From a bacterium (GTDB lineage Bacteria > Electryoneota > Electryoneia > Electryoneales > Electryoneaceae), in contig JAZDLX010000065.1 in assembly GCA_043801585.1 (NCBI GenBank), forward strand, positions 1-18,692: a stretch of 18,692 nt of DNA, in the 5' to 3' direction. Of the stretch, positions 7,993-17,610 are shown in pieces. The position numbers were made by a program, and so were the translations under genes. Under the pieces are notes generated by a model. The model was not told where the DNA came from. It was given only the letters and a program-made list of their open reading frames with translations, and did not search any database. Positions within the stretch are counted from its first letter, which is position 1. Each line of letters opens with the position of its first letter.

Positions 7993-10509
7993 TCAAAGCA
8001 CTTTCGCGAGCACGAGAGTGCAATCGTCCTCAAGCATCTTCCGTCCGTGATAATGCATCAACTCCGCTTCAAGCTCAGCGAGAGTGTGGCTCGGTTCATG
8101 GTCTGCGGTGGCGTTGATGTACTGCTTGAGACGGACCACTCCGAATTCCCTGCCATCGGACGCTGTTGCCTCGGGAATCCCATCCGTATAAAGGAGAACC
8201 CGGTCAGTCGGCGACAATTTGACAGTTCCCTGCTCGTATTCGAGATTCGGCTTGACTCCAAGAATCAGACCACCTTCGGACAACTCGCGCGTACGACCGT
8301 TTTTATTGAACACAAGGGGCGGGTTATGACCGGCGTTGACATAGGTCAGAACACGGGTTTTCGGGTCGAAGATGCAGACAAAGAAGGTGATGTATTGTTC
8401 CGAGGGGGTGTTCGCGTGGATCAGATTGTTGATATGCGCGACCATCTGTTTGGGCTCCAATCCGAGAGTTGCGCACATCCGAAGGCTGGCCTGGAGATTC
8501 GCCATGATCAGCGCCGCACCCGCGCCCTTCCCTGAAACGTCTCCCACCGCGAGCAGTGTCCGGTCGTCCGGCAACTGGATGACATCATAGTAATCACCCG
8601 CCACTTCGAGACAGAAACGGCTGCGAGCGGCGACATCGAGACCCGGTGTCTCCGGAATCACGCTGGGGAGGAATCCCTGCTGGATTTGACGCGCCAGGTC
8701 GAGCTGCTCCTCCAGTCTGCGCTTGACGAGGTTTTCTTCCAAGAGGCGAAGGTTTTCGCTGGCGAGCGCCACCTGGTGGGTCAACCCGAGCAGAATGTCC
8801 ACGCTCTCCGGTGTATAGTCATGCCCGCGGGTAGTCCGACCGAGTGCCAGGAATCCGATCAAGCGGAGGCGAGCGAACAACGGGAGCACGAGGAAAATTT
8901 CCTCTTTGCGAATCCAGAACATCTGGCCGTCGGTGAACGGCACGCGGAAGGACGCCATCGCCTCATCGATCAGCACAGGGCGGCTGCTCCGTTCAAGATG
9001 AGCCACCAGGTCACTGGATTCGATGAACGGAGTCAACGACCCGTCATGGGTGTAGAAGACTCCATCGCTCTTCTTCAACACGGCGATCACTTTCGTGATC
9101 CCCAACGCTTCATGCAGACGCTGTCCGACGTGTTTGAAGAGGGTGTCACGATCCGGGAACGATCCCATCCGCTGCGCCAGGTCATCGATCATGATGCGCA
9201 CCTGGTAGCGTTCGGGATAGAACCGTCGTTCCAGCCAATCCTGCAGGAAACGTTGCGCGGGACTGACTCCCAGCGCCAGGGTCATCGCCAGCAGCAGAAT
9301 GGGGGTACGGCTGGTGATGCCCAGGTAGGTGATCAGGAAATGGCCTGCGCCATACACGATGGCAAAAAAGACGAGGAGCAGCGTTGCGGTCAGCAGAAAC
9401 ATGCGGGTCCCCCGCCGCAACTTCCCTTCCACTTCGAGCAGACGATATCGTCCGAAGGCGTAGGCGAGGCTGAGCGGTGTCAGCAGAAGCGCGAGAAATC
9501 CGACATTGGTCAGCAGGAGCTGGCCAGTCAGCGACAGATCGCTGAACCAATCACGCAGGAAACTTGCCGAAACCAGGAGGAAGGTGAGAGCTGTAACTCC
9601 AACAACGGAACCGCGAAGCACCAGTCTTGTCTGCCGCCGCTCAAGCAGCGTCCGAGCCTTGCGGTGGTGACGGTTCAGCAGGATCGTCCCGATCCAGAAC
9701 TGGGCAAGAATCACCGTGACCATCACCCGGGGATGATTCTGCACGACGTTGCTGCGGCTGATCAGCGCCCACATTCCAACAGCAACCTGCGGGCTGTAAA
9801 TGACCAGATATCCCCAGCGCCTGAGCCTCAGAAGCAACCGTGAAGTCCGTGGAAAAACCAGGTGAAGATTCAACCAGAGGCCACCGGCGAAGATCATCAT
9901 CACCCGCAAAACCCTGGAAATGGTCTCCTGTCCGGGAATCTGGAACGTTGCCAATCCCGGGCTTAAGAGAGTGAACATCGTCAACGGGAACGCCGCCATG
10001 GAATAGCAGAACAAGGTGAGCACCCGTACGCCGATAGATTCCGAACGCTTCTGAAATGCCCAGAGTCCGACACCGATAAACGAAAGAATGATCAGCAGTC
10101 GCAGGAATTGCAGCAACAGAAAGGGTATCTTTTCCATCGTCGAGATTTCATGGATCTTCAGGGTTGTACCACGAAGCCGGGTAAACCGTTTATATGAGAT
10201 CAAGATCCTCTCACCGGGCTCATGAGTTGCTGCGAGGAATCCGCTGATCTGATCATGACTGGTGAGGCTGTCGTTGATCGCGATCAGTGTATCACCATCC
10301 GAGGGAATGAAGGTACCCGTAAATTCGCTGCTGTCGACATCTGTGAACACCCAAGTGGCGCCATCCCTGGATTCGATTGTCGAGCTGATGACACCCTCGT
10401 CTGTCCAGGCACGAAGCTTGCTGCTCTCCCAGATGAAGAAGAGCATCACATAGGCCAGAAAAAGCAGGCCGGCGCTTAAGATGAGGCTTTTGATGACGCC
10501 CTTCTGCAC
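7993..10509 (-). CDS. Membrane PP2C/SpoIIE (RsbU-type) Ser/Thr phosphatase: N-terminal TM, PDZ-like domain, multi-TM region, GAF, PP2C
   Basis: PP2C motifs VAGDYYD, VGDVSGKG, YVNAGHNPP, LYTDG and DDCT. GAF-like LVLPL..RLIGFLALG...VALASEN. PDZ-like GDTLIAIND...GERILISYKR. GTG start after GAGGAGG. Confidence 0.92.
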   Translation of the reverse strand: MQKGVIKSLILSAGLLFLAYVMLFFIWESSKLRAWTDEGVISSTIESRDGATWVFTDVDSSEFTGTFIPSDGDTLIAINDSLTSHDQISGFLAATHEPGERILISYKRFTRLRGTTLKIHEISTMEKIPFLLLQFLRLLIILSFIGVGLWAFQKRSESIGVRVLTLFCYSMAAFPLTMFTLLSPGLATFQIPGQETISRVLRVMMIFAGGLWLNLHLVFPRTSRLLLRLRRWGYLVIYSPQVAVGMWALISRSNVVQNHPRVMVTVILAQFWIGTILLNRHHRKARTLLERRQTRLVLRGSVVGVTALTFLLVSASFLRDWFSDLSLTGQLLLTNVGFLALLLTPLSLAYAFGRYRLLEVEGKLRRGTRMFLLTATLLLVFFAIVYGAGHFLITYLGITSRTPILLLAMTLALGVSPAQRFLQDWLERRFYPERYQVRIMIDDLAQRMGSFPDRDTLFKHVGQRLHEALGITKVIAVLKKSDGVFYTHDGSLTPFIESSDLVAHLERSSRPVLIDEAMASFRVPFTDGQMFWIRKEEIFLVLPLFARLRLIGFLALGRTTRGHDYTPESVDILLGLTHQVALASENLRLLEENLVKRRLEEQLDLARQIQQGFLPSVIPETPGLDVAARSRFCLEVAGDYYDVIQLPDDRTLLAVGDVSGKGAGAALIMANLQASLRMCATLGLEPKQMVAHINNLIHANTPSEQYITFFVCIFDPKTRVLTYVNAGHNPPLVFNKNGRTRELSEGGLILGVKPNLEYEQGTVKLSPTDRVLLYTDGIPEATASDGREFGVVRLKQYINATADHEPSHTLAELEAELMHYHGRKMLEDDCTLVLAKVL

Positions 10510-10544
10510 TCCGCAACCTCCTCAGGATCAATCATTCGACGAAT

Positions 10545-13175
10545 TCAGTTTCCTCGACGTTTTCGTACTGTCTTTCTTCCAGAGCTCATTTTGCCGCCAC
10601 TCTTCTTTTGATTCCCGGCGACAGATCGTGCCCTCTCATGCTTCGGCACCGCCCTCGCGATCAGGAGAGTGAAATCATCCGCAAATGTATCAACACCGGA
10701 AAATAAAATTACCTGTTTACGCACTTCCGCAACAATCTCCTCGATCGGTTTTCCAACCTTTGACCGAATCGCATCGATGAGACGTTCCACGCCGAACTCC
10801 TGTTCCGCATTGTTCATCGCCTCGGTAACGCCATCGGTAAAGAGGACCAGGGTATCGCCGGGACGAAGTGTTATTTCTCCCACTTCATAGGTCCTCCGCG
10901 GCAGCACTCCAAGGATCAAGCCACCCACATTCAATGGTTCAACTTTGGCACTTCGTGCCCGAAGCAGCAAAGGAGGATTGTGTCCTGCGTTCACATATCT
11001 CATCCGTCCGGAGGAGAGATGTTCGGCGACAAAAAACGTGATATAGGATTCAATGGGGGTGTTCTGGCAGATGATGTCGTTGATCCCGGAAACCATGGCG
11101 CCAAGATCCGCCTGGACTCGCACGAGTGCCCGGAGGCTCGCCTGCAAGTTGGCCATGATCAGCGCTGCGCCCGCGCCTTTCCCCGAGACATCCCCCACCG
11201 CGATGACGGTTCGATTGTTTTCATCACGGATGACGTCATAATAATCACCCGCGACCTCGAGGCTGAACAGGCTGGTCGCCGCAATCTCCAGGCCTGGAGT
11301 CTGTGGGATACGCTGGGGAAGAAAACCCTGCTGGATCTGCCGCGCCAGGTCGAGCTGCTCCTCAAGACGTCGTTTCTCGAAATTCTCTTCCAACAGGACA
11401 TGATTCTCGAGCGCCAGTCCCAGTTGATCCGCCAGGCTTCCGAGAATCTGAACCTCCTCAATCCGAAAATGCTCGTCATCAACTTTGCCGCCAAGGGCGA
11501 GAATCCCCGCAAGTTTCGATCCGCTGGTCAAGGGCAAGATCAACACTATCCTGTTTTCCATCAACCATTCACGCTCACCGGGCAGCAGCGTTCTGTCCTC
11601 CTCCCCCGTGATCTCATCCACGAAAAGCGGCTGGCGTCGGAAATGGAGCATTCCAGTAAAACGGCTGTTGGGATCGAAAGGTGTGGGTTGCCGGTCCAAT
11701 GTTGTGAAACCCATCCCTTCTTCGAATTTGAGGGGAATCACCACCTTTACGCTCAGTCCGTCCCGCAGAGACTGGATCAGATCCCGGTAGAGCGTGTCAC
11801 GGTTCGGCATCGATGCGGCGCGGCGAATAAAATCGTTTATCAGAGCGCGCAGTTTCCGGCGTTCAGGATAGAATCGAACCTCCAGCCATCCCTGCAGCTG
11901 TTTCTGGATCGGAGCGACGCTCGCAGCGAGCACGACAGCCAGAATCAGCACCGGAGTGCGGCTGGTGATTCCGAAAACTTTGACCATCAGGTTGCTGGCA
12001 ACCAGAACAAGTACCAGCATCAGGGCGAGAAAGATGCCCGCTGTCAACGCATAACGTGTACCCCGGCGCAATTTCGCTTCAACATCGAAGAGTCCGCACC
12101 GGTTGAAAGCAATCAGAAAAGAATAGGGAATCAACAACATGAATAGAGTGAAAACGAGGACAATGAAAATACGTGCATCATTGGGGAGGCCGTTGATGGA
12201 ATTGGTCCCGAAAAAGATCAAGACAAGAACCATCAGAAGAAACGGAGTGAGACCAATGCCAGTTCCACGAGCAACCAGCCTCGTCTGCCGTTTCACCAGA
12301 TCCGTATCAGCTCTGCCATAATGGAAGCCGAGCAGTATAAAACCGGCAGCCATCTGCAGGATGATCGTGCCAAGCGAAAACCAGCCTGTGACAACGGGTG
12401 AGACCACACCGGTGATGACGAACAAGTAGACGATGATCATCGGCGCATAGCAGAGTGAATAGGCAAGCCACGGAAATTTCATCCTGATTTTCGAGGGTTT
12501 TGGGAAGAGAAAATGCAGGTTCAGCCAGAATGCGGAGAAAAAGGACGCATAGACACCAAGCCCATTTCTTATGAAAGGTTGCAAAGGTGAGAGAATTCCC
12601 GCTTTATACCCCTCAAGGGATTGGACTGCCTGCAGCATCATCGCAGCCAACGCGAAGCTGAAGAATGCAAAGGCACGCACGCTGGGTGAATTCGGCTGAC
12701 GGATCAGCCCGATCATTCCCACTGCAAAGAAAGCAAAAACAAGCAGGAAACGTACGATATGCATGGTTATAACGCTGATCAGGCGCACCGTGGGAACGGT
12801 GTGGGCGACAGCGTTGGCCGTGAGCGTGTCACCCTGAGACAGATAGACCACAGTGACCACCTCGCCAATGGGCATCGGCCGATCGACGTATTTCAACAAT
12901 TTCGCTGTCGTTGCCGTCTCCTGATTGACGGTGAGTAAGGTGTCTCCCCGGGAAGGACGTGGATGCTCTGGAAAATCACTCGTTTGTACATCAACAAAGA
13001 CGACAGTGCTGGCATCGCGGGCGATCACATCTGTCTGAATCGAACCGGATTTTTGCCAAAGGACGAGTGCACCGGAATGAATGATCAGCGATCCCAAGAA
13101 CAGAAGAAAGACCAGCCCGGCGGCTACCGCAGTAGCGATGGTAACAACTCGATCAATGCGGCCTTTCGAAGTCAT
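10545..13175 (-). CDS. Membrane PP2C/SpoIIE (RsbU-type) phosphatase paralog with the same architecture and a basic C-terminal tail
   Basis: VAGDYYD, VGDVSGKG, YVNAGHNPP, LFTDG and DDFT. GAF-like LILPL...GILALG...LALEN. PDZ-like GDTLLTVNQ...GEVVTVVY. ATG start after GGAGA. Confidence 0.92.
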   Translation of the reverse strand: MTSKGRIDRVVTIATAVAAGLVFLLFLGSLIIHSGALVLWQKSGSIQTDVIARDASTVVFVDVQTSDFPEHPRPSRGDTLLTVNQETATTAKLLKYVDRPMPIGEVVTVVYLSQGDTLTANAVAHTVPTVRLISVITMHIVRFLLVFAFFAVGMIGLIRQPNSPSVRAFAFFSFALAAMMLQAVQSLEGYKAGILSPLQPFIRNGLGVYASFFSAFWLNLHFLFPKPSKIRMKFPWLAYSLCYAPMIIVYLFVITGVVSPVVTGWFSLGTIILQMAAGFILLGFHYGRADTDLVKRQTRLVARGTGIGLTPFLLMVLVLIFFGTNSINGLPNDARIFIVLVFTLFMLLIPYSFLIAFNRCGLFDVEAKLRRGTRYALTAGIFLALMLVLVLVASNLMVKVFGITSRTPVLILAVVLAASVAPIQKQLQGWLEVRFYPERRKLRALINDFIRRAASMPNRDTLYRDLIQSLRDGLSVKVVIPLKFEEGMGFTTLDRQPTPFDPNSRFTGMLHFRRQPLFVDEITGEEDRTLLPGEREWLMENRIVLILPLTSGSKLAGILALGGKVDDEHFRIEEVQILGSLADQLGLALENHVLLEENFEKRRLEEQLDLARQIQQGFLPQRIPQTPGLEIAATSLFSLEVAGDYYDVIRDENNRTVIAVGDVSGKGAGAALIMANLQASLRALVRVQADLGAMVSGINDIICQNTPIESYITFFVAEHLSSGRMRYVNAGHNPPLLLRARSAKVEPLNVGGLILGVLPRRTYEVGEITLRPGDTLVLFTDGVTEAMNNAEQEFGVERLIDAIRSKVGKPIEEIVAEVRKQVILFSGVDTFADDFTLLIARAVPKHERARSVAGNQKKSGGKMSSGRKTVRKRRGN

Positions 13176-13212
13176 GGATACATCTCCGTATGCGATTTAG
13201 GGCAGGTGGAAA

Positions 13213-13854
13213 TTATGCAATTCCATGTTGTTTCTTGTATTCCAGCCAATTCTGTTTCAATTCGTAAAAGGACTTGAAATCAATCCTGAGAAGGAACGGA
13301 TTTGTCTTTTTCTCCTCGCCAATCGTCGAGACCGGTTTGACTCCAAAATCATGACCGGGAAAAACCCGCACGTTGTCCGGCAAACCCATCAATTTCCTGT
13401 GCAGGCTCTCGAACTCGCTGCGAGCCTGTTTCTCGGTTGTTGTCCCTCCCACCTTGCCAACAAACAGAGTATCCCCGGTGAACAGGGCATCGTCCACCCT
13501 CAGGCAGATGCAATCCTCCGTGTGGCCGGGCGTATGAATGATCTCCACCTCGTGGTCGCCCAACGGTAACCGGATTCCGTCGAGCAGTTTCACCTGCGTG
13601 ATCTCTTCGACGTCACCATATCCCATCGCGTGACGGCCGGTCAGCTTACGCATCCGCTCGTTGCCATTGGTATGGTCATCATGACGGTGTGTGTTGAACA
13701 CATAGTGAATCTTCAGTCCCCAGTCCTCGGCGTACATCGCCAGCGCATCGGGATCATAGGAGGGATCAACCACCATCGCCACTTTCCATTTTTCATCCGC
13801 GCACAGATAGGCAAAATTCCGGTCGCCCCCCGTTTCGAATTGCTCGATGATCAT
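13213..13854 (-). CDS. MBL-fold metallo-hydrolase (glyoxalase II / persulfide dioxygenase-like), 213 aa
   Basis: THRHDDH, HTPGHT, FTGDTLF, FPGH and STIGEEKKTNPFL. ATG 13854 follows GGAGGAAGGG, so it is preferred over the ORF-track start at 13944. Confidence 0.88.
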   Translation of the reverse strand: MIIEQFETGGDRNFAYLCADEKWKVAMVVDPSYDPDALAMYAEDWGLKIHYVFNTHRHDDHTNGNERMRKLTGRHAMGYGDVEEITQVKLLDGIRLPLGDHEVEIIHTPGHTEDCICLRVDDALFTGDTLFVGKVGGTTTEKQARSEFESLHRKLMGLPDNVRVFPGHDFGVKPVSTIGEEKKTNPFLLRIDFKSFYELKQNWLEYKKQHGIA

Positions 13855-14070
13855 ATCCCTTCCTCCTTTCACCGCGCCCTGAATGTACCTTGCATAGCGA
13901 GAAAAGGTGAGATGTTCGATAAAGGTACACCTGCTCCATCCCAACGGCGAGCAGGGAGTTTAAACCGCCGTCCAACCTGCTCGGGAGCCTCGAGCCTTTA
14001 CGAATGCTGGATTTTACGGCGCATCTTGAACCACGTTTAAACCCTCAAGCCTGTCTACCCTGGAGGCATC

Positions 14071-14784
14071 ATGACAGAATCTGCTGACACTGTGATCCGC
14101 CTGCAGGAACTGACGAAAGTTTACCATGGTGGCGGGGGCGACGTTGTCGCCGTGGATCACCTTTCGCTTTCCATCCCCTCCGGCGTCACCGTTCTCGCCG
14201 GTCCCTCCGGGTGCGGCAAATCAACCCTGGTCAATCTCCTGGGAGCATTGGACCATCCCACCTCCGGGATCGTCGAAGTCGCTGGACACATCCTGTCAGA
14301 ACTGAACGAAGACCAGATCGATCACTTTCGCCGAAAGACAGTCGGCATTGTTTTCCAGTTTTTCCATCTGATGCCGGTCCTGACGGTGCTGGAAAATGTG
14401 GCTCTTCCAGCCGAACTCGCGGGGACATCCCCCAGTTTGGCTCGTCAACGGGCGGCCGCTCTCCTCGAGCGGGTCGGGCTTGCACACCGGGCTGGCCATC
14501 AGCCGCATGAACTGTCCGGAGGCGAGATCCAACGGACCGCCATCGCCCGGGCACTGGTCAACAATCCCGCCGTCGTGCTCGCGGACGAACCCACCGGCAA
14601 CCTGGACAGCGCGGCGAGCCGCCGTGTGATGGAACTCTTCGCGGAAGCAGTTACCGGAGAGGGAGCATCCGCTGTGGTGGCCACCCACGATCCGGATGTT
14701 GTCGCCCGGGCGGACCGGGTTTTCCACCTGCTCGACGGACGGCTGGAACGGATCGAGGAGAACGCCGCCGGAGTACAGCCGTGA
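14071..14784 (+). CDS. ABC transporter ATP-binding protein (LolD/MacB-type)
   Basis: Walker [10 protein letters not shown]-loop GIVFQ, signature LSGGEIQR, Walker B/D-loop [12 protein letters not shown]-loop ATHD. GGAGG RBS. Confidence 0.95.
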   Translation: MTESADTVIRLQELTKVYHGGGGDVVAVDHLSLSIPSGVTVLAGPSGCGKSTLVNLLGALDHPTSGIVEVAGHILSELNEDQIDHFRRKTVGIVFQFFHLMPVLTVLENVALPAELAGTSPSLARQRAAALLERVGLAHRAGHQPHELSGGEIQRTAIARALVNNPAVVLADEPTGNLDSAASRRVMELFAEAVTGEGASAVVATHDPDVVARADRVFHLLDGRLERIEENAAGVQP

Positions 14785-17342
14785 GACCGCTTCCCCGATT
14801 GATCCTTCGCAACTGGGCCGCACGCCCGGGCCGAACCCTGCTCGCCATCGGTGGAGTTGCCCTCGGCGTGGCGGTCCTGCTCGCCGTGCGTGTCGCCAAT
14901 TACTCCGCCATCGAAGCGTTCACACGGACGCTGGAGATGGTTGCCGGACGAGCTGACATCGAAATTTTCGCCGAAGGTGAAGCGGGGATGGACCCGTCGA
15001 TCTTCCCGCCCTTCACCCGGATGAACGGCATCGCAGCCGCGACCCCGGCGTTCATGATGCGTGGGCACGCCGGGCAGTCACGACGGGGGATTCGCCTGAT
15101 GGGAGTCGATCTCGCGCGGGACAGCCGGGTTCGTCCCTGGTACCGGGCGGAACTCGAACCGGGCCAGGATCCCCTGACACTGTTCACGACGCCGAACGGC
15201 GCACTGATCACCCCCGCCCTCGCGGACGAATTGGGGTTGCGCCGGGGCGACCGGTTCCCCATTTATCACGCCGCGCAGGTGGACACGCTTGTGCTGATGG
15301 GATTGCTCGCGGGCGAGGATGTCAGCCAGGCGAGAAGCCGCGACCTCGTGGTCATGGACCTCCCGCGAGCCTGGGAGCTCACCGGTAACCGTCGCGTGAT
15401 TCACCGCATCGACCTGATCCTCGAACCGGGAATCCCTGTCGCTGACGCCCTCGCCGATCTGCGGACGTGGCTGCCTGCGGGTGTGACCGCCGAGGCGTCC
15501 GGTTGGCAACGCCCTCAGGCCCGCAAGATGCTCGCCTCGTTTCGTTTGAACCTGACCGCACTGGCGTTTGTGGCGCTCCTCGTCGCCGGATTTCTCGTGT
15601 TTCAGACCGTTTCGACCACGGCTCTCGAACGGCGGCGTTCGGCGGGTGTGCTCCGCTCGGTGGGGGCGTCGAGAAGGTTTGTCCGTGACCTGTTTCTCAC
15701 GGAAGGGGCCGCTCTCGGACTCACCGGTGGGTTGCTCGGGATTCCGTTGGGACTGCTGCTCGCCCGAGTGGCGGTGATCCTCGTCAGCCAATCCGTCAGC
15801 TCGATCTACCTGCTCGAGGGGACTCACCAGGTGTGGATACCGACCGAAGCGGTGATCACATCGTTCCTGCTCGGCCTCGGGGTATCGCTCCTGTCGGTCG
15901 CTCCGGTCGCGGCGGAAGCCTCGCGTGTTCCTCCGCGGGAAAGCCTCGCCCGCCAGACCCTCGAAGGGAAGCTCAATCCGCGTCGGCTTGCCCTGTTCGG
16001 CGCTCTGATGCTGGCTGTCGGCGGAGTGCTGACGAAATGGCCGCTGCAGCCGATCCCTGTGCTCAGCGGGTACGCTGCGGCGATGCTGCTTGTGTTCGGA
16101 ATGGCACTGGCGACGCCGTGGACGCTGGGAGTTCTCTATCGCATAATCATCGCCGTCGGCGGGAAAAAACTGGGGTCGGGCGTCCGTCTCGCGCTCGGTG
16201 TGCTCGTCCGTTCACGGCACCGGATCACCCCCGCCGTCGCCGGGCTGGCGACCGCCGTGGCGATGTGGCTCAGCGTGGACATGATGGTCCGCTCCTTCCG
16301 TGACACCGTGGACAACTGGATGCAGTCCACAATCACCGCCGACCTGATCGTGATGGCGGGCGGGTCGTTCAACGTCGGCAAACGGGATCTGCTCCCGCTG
16401 GACGTTTTCTTCGACATCAGGAACGCTCCGGGAATCGCCGACGCGGACCTTTTCAAGAGTGTCCGGTTGCCCATCGAGGGGTTGCCCACCACGGTGGCGA
16501 TGGTGGATGCCGGGTCGGTCGGACGTCAGGAACGGCTCTCCTACCTGGAGAAGGTGCACGGCGGCCAACCGACAGACGCCCTCACGGCGGGCGAAGAGGC
16601 ATGCCTGATCAGCGAGCCCCTCGCCTTCCGCAGTCATCTGAACGTCGGTGACACCCTTCGTTTCATCGGACCCATCGGCTCCGAAGCGCTCGCGATCGAG
16701 GGCGTCTACTACGATTATTCGAGCGACGCCGGACTTGTGCTGGTGGACCGTTCGTGGTATCTGAAACGGTGGCCGGAACCGTCAATCGAATCGGTGGCGG
16801 TGTACCTGCCGAAAGGGATGAGCCTTACGGAGGGACGACGGATCATCGAGCAGGCGGTGCCCCCGAAATACACCATCGAGATTTTCAGCAACCGGGATCT
16901 GCGCCGGGGTGTGCTCGCCGTCTTCGACAACACCTTCGCGATTACCTATGCGCTGGAGGCGGTGGCGGTGATGGTCGCGTTGCTCGCGGTCAGCGGAGGA
17001 ATGACAACCCTCGTGCAGGAACGGCGGCGCGAACTGGCGATCCTTCGTGCGGTCGGCGGCAGCCGCAGACAGATCCTCCGCCGTGTACTGGCCGAGGCGG
17101 GATTGATCGGATTTTCGGGATGGCTGCTGGGGGCTGTGCTCGGCGCCGCGCTCAGCGTCGTGCTCACCTACGTCGTCAACCGCTACTCCTTCGGCTGGTC
17201 CCTGCACCTGAAACTGCCCGGCGGCACCTTCGCGCTTTCGGGTGTGCTGATGATCGCCGCCGCACTGCTCGCGGGTGCGCTTCCCGCACGGAACGCGTCA
17301 CGGATTTCGGTGGCGGAGGGCGTCCGCGTCGATTCGGAATGA
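14781..17342 (+). CDS. ABC transporter permease, duplicated MacB-PCD/FtsX type
   Basis: RPGRTLLAIGGVALGVAV, and two FtsX-type motifs (ERRRSAGVLRSVGASRR and ERRRELAILRAVGGSRRQI). GTG start overlaps the ATPase stop (GTGA). Confidence 0.93.
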   Translation: MRPLPRLILRNWAARPGRTLLAIGGVALGVAVLLAVRVANYSAIEAFTRTLEMVAGRADIEIFAEGEAGMDPSIFPPFTRMNGIAAATPAFMMRGHAGQSRRGIRLMGVDLARDSRVRPWYRAELEPGQDPLTLFTTPNGALITPALADELGLRRGDRFPIYHAAQVDTLVLMGLLAGEDVSQARSRDLVVMDLPRAWELTGNRRVIHRIDLILEPGIPVADALADLRTWLPAGVTAEASGWQRPQARKMLASFRLNLTALAFVALLVAGFLVFQTVSTTALERRRSAGVLRSVGASRRFVRDLFLTEGAALGLTGGLLGIPLGLLLARVAVILVSQSVSSIYLLEGTHQVWIPTEAVITSFLLGLGVSLLSVAPVAAEASRVPPRESLARQTLEGKLNPRRLALFGALMLAVGGVLTKWPLQPIPVLSGYAAAMLLVFGMALATPWTLGVLYRIIIAVGGKKLGSGVRLALGVLVRSRHRITPAVAGLATAVAMWLSVDMMVRSFRDTVDNWMQSTITADLIVMAGGSFNVGKRDLLPLDVFFDIRNAPGIADADLFKSVRLPIEGLPTTVAMVDAGSVGRQERLSYLEKVHGGQPTDALTAGEEACLISEPLAFRSHLNVGDTLRFIGPIGSEALAIEGVYYDYSSDAGLVLVDRSWYLKRWPEPSIESVAVYLPKGMSLTEGRRIIEQAVPPKYTIEIFSNRDLRRGVLAVFDNTFAITYALEAVAVMVALLAVSGGMTTLVQERRRELAILRAVGGSRRQILRRVLAEAGLIGFSGWLLGAVLGAALSVVLTYVVNRYSFGWSLHLKLPGGTFALSGVLMIAAALLAGALPARNASRISVAEGVRVDSE

Positions 17343-17399
17343 TGTAGAAGAAAAGGTTCGATTCAGGTCTCATCCTGAATGTCAAGCTGGCCGTCAGGT

Positions 17400-17488
17400 G
17401 TCATCCTGAATGCGTCTTTTTGGCGTGAAGGATCTATCGTTGTGAGTACGTCGGGGACATGAAGGTGTGTTTCGTCGCGAGATCCTTC
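17400..17488. repeat. Partial GTCATCCTGAA...GAAGGATCT palindromic (CGTC-type REP-like) element
   Basis: Left arm GTCATCCTGAA-15nt-TGAAGGATCT (17400-17435). Only AGATCCTTC of the right arm remains (17480-17488). Confidence 0.7.
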
Positions 17489-17521
17489 TCCCGGTTGGTT
17501 CCTTATGGTGTTGCCTGAAAA

Positions 17522-17582
17522 CAGAAAAATGTACCAGGTACTTCTTATAACCCAAAATGCATGTACCTGGTACATTTTTCTG
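17522..17582. repeat. Perfect 20-bp inverted repeat with a 21-nt loop
   Basis: CAGAAAAATGTACCAGGTAC (17522-17541) and GTACCTGGTACATTTTTCTG (17563-17582). Each arm contains its own GTAC-CWG-GTAC mini-hairpin. Confidence 0.9.
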
Positions 17583-17610
17583 CTACGTCAAGCTGACCGG
17601 GCCACCCGTC

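Noticed and set aside
8686..12146. Long plus-strand ORFs 8686..9843 (385 aa) and 10980..12146 (388 aa)
   Set aside because: They are antisense shadows of the two phosphatase genes. Their mutual similarity comes from the paralogy on the other strand.
13855..13944. 30-aa N-terminal extension of the MBL hydrolase
   Set aside because: A strong RBS lies directly before ATG 13854, and family similarity begins there.
13948..13983. CGAGCAGG...CCTGCTCG inverted repeat in the divergent promoter region
   Set aside because: It has only an 8-bp stem with a 20-nt loop and matches no operator or riboswitch I recognise, so it could be chance.
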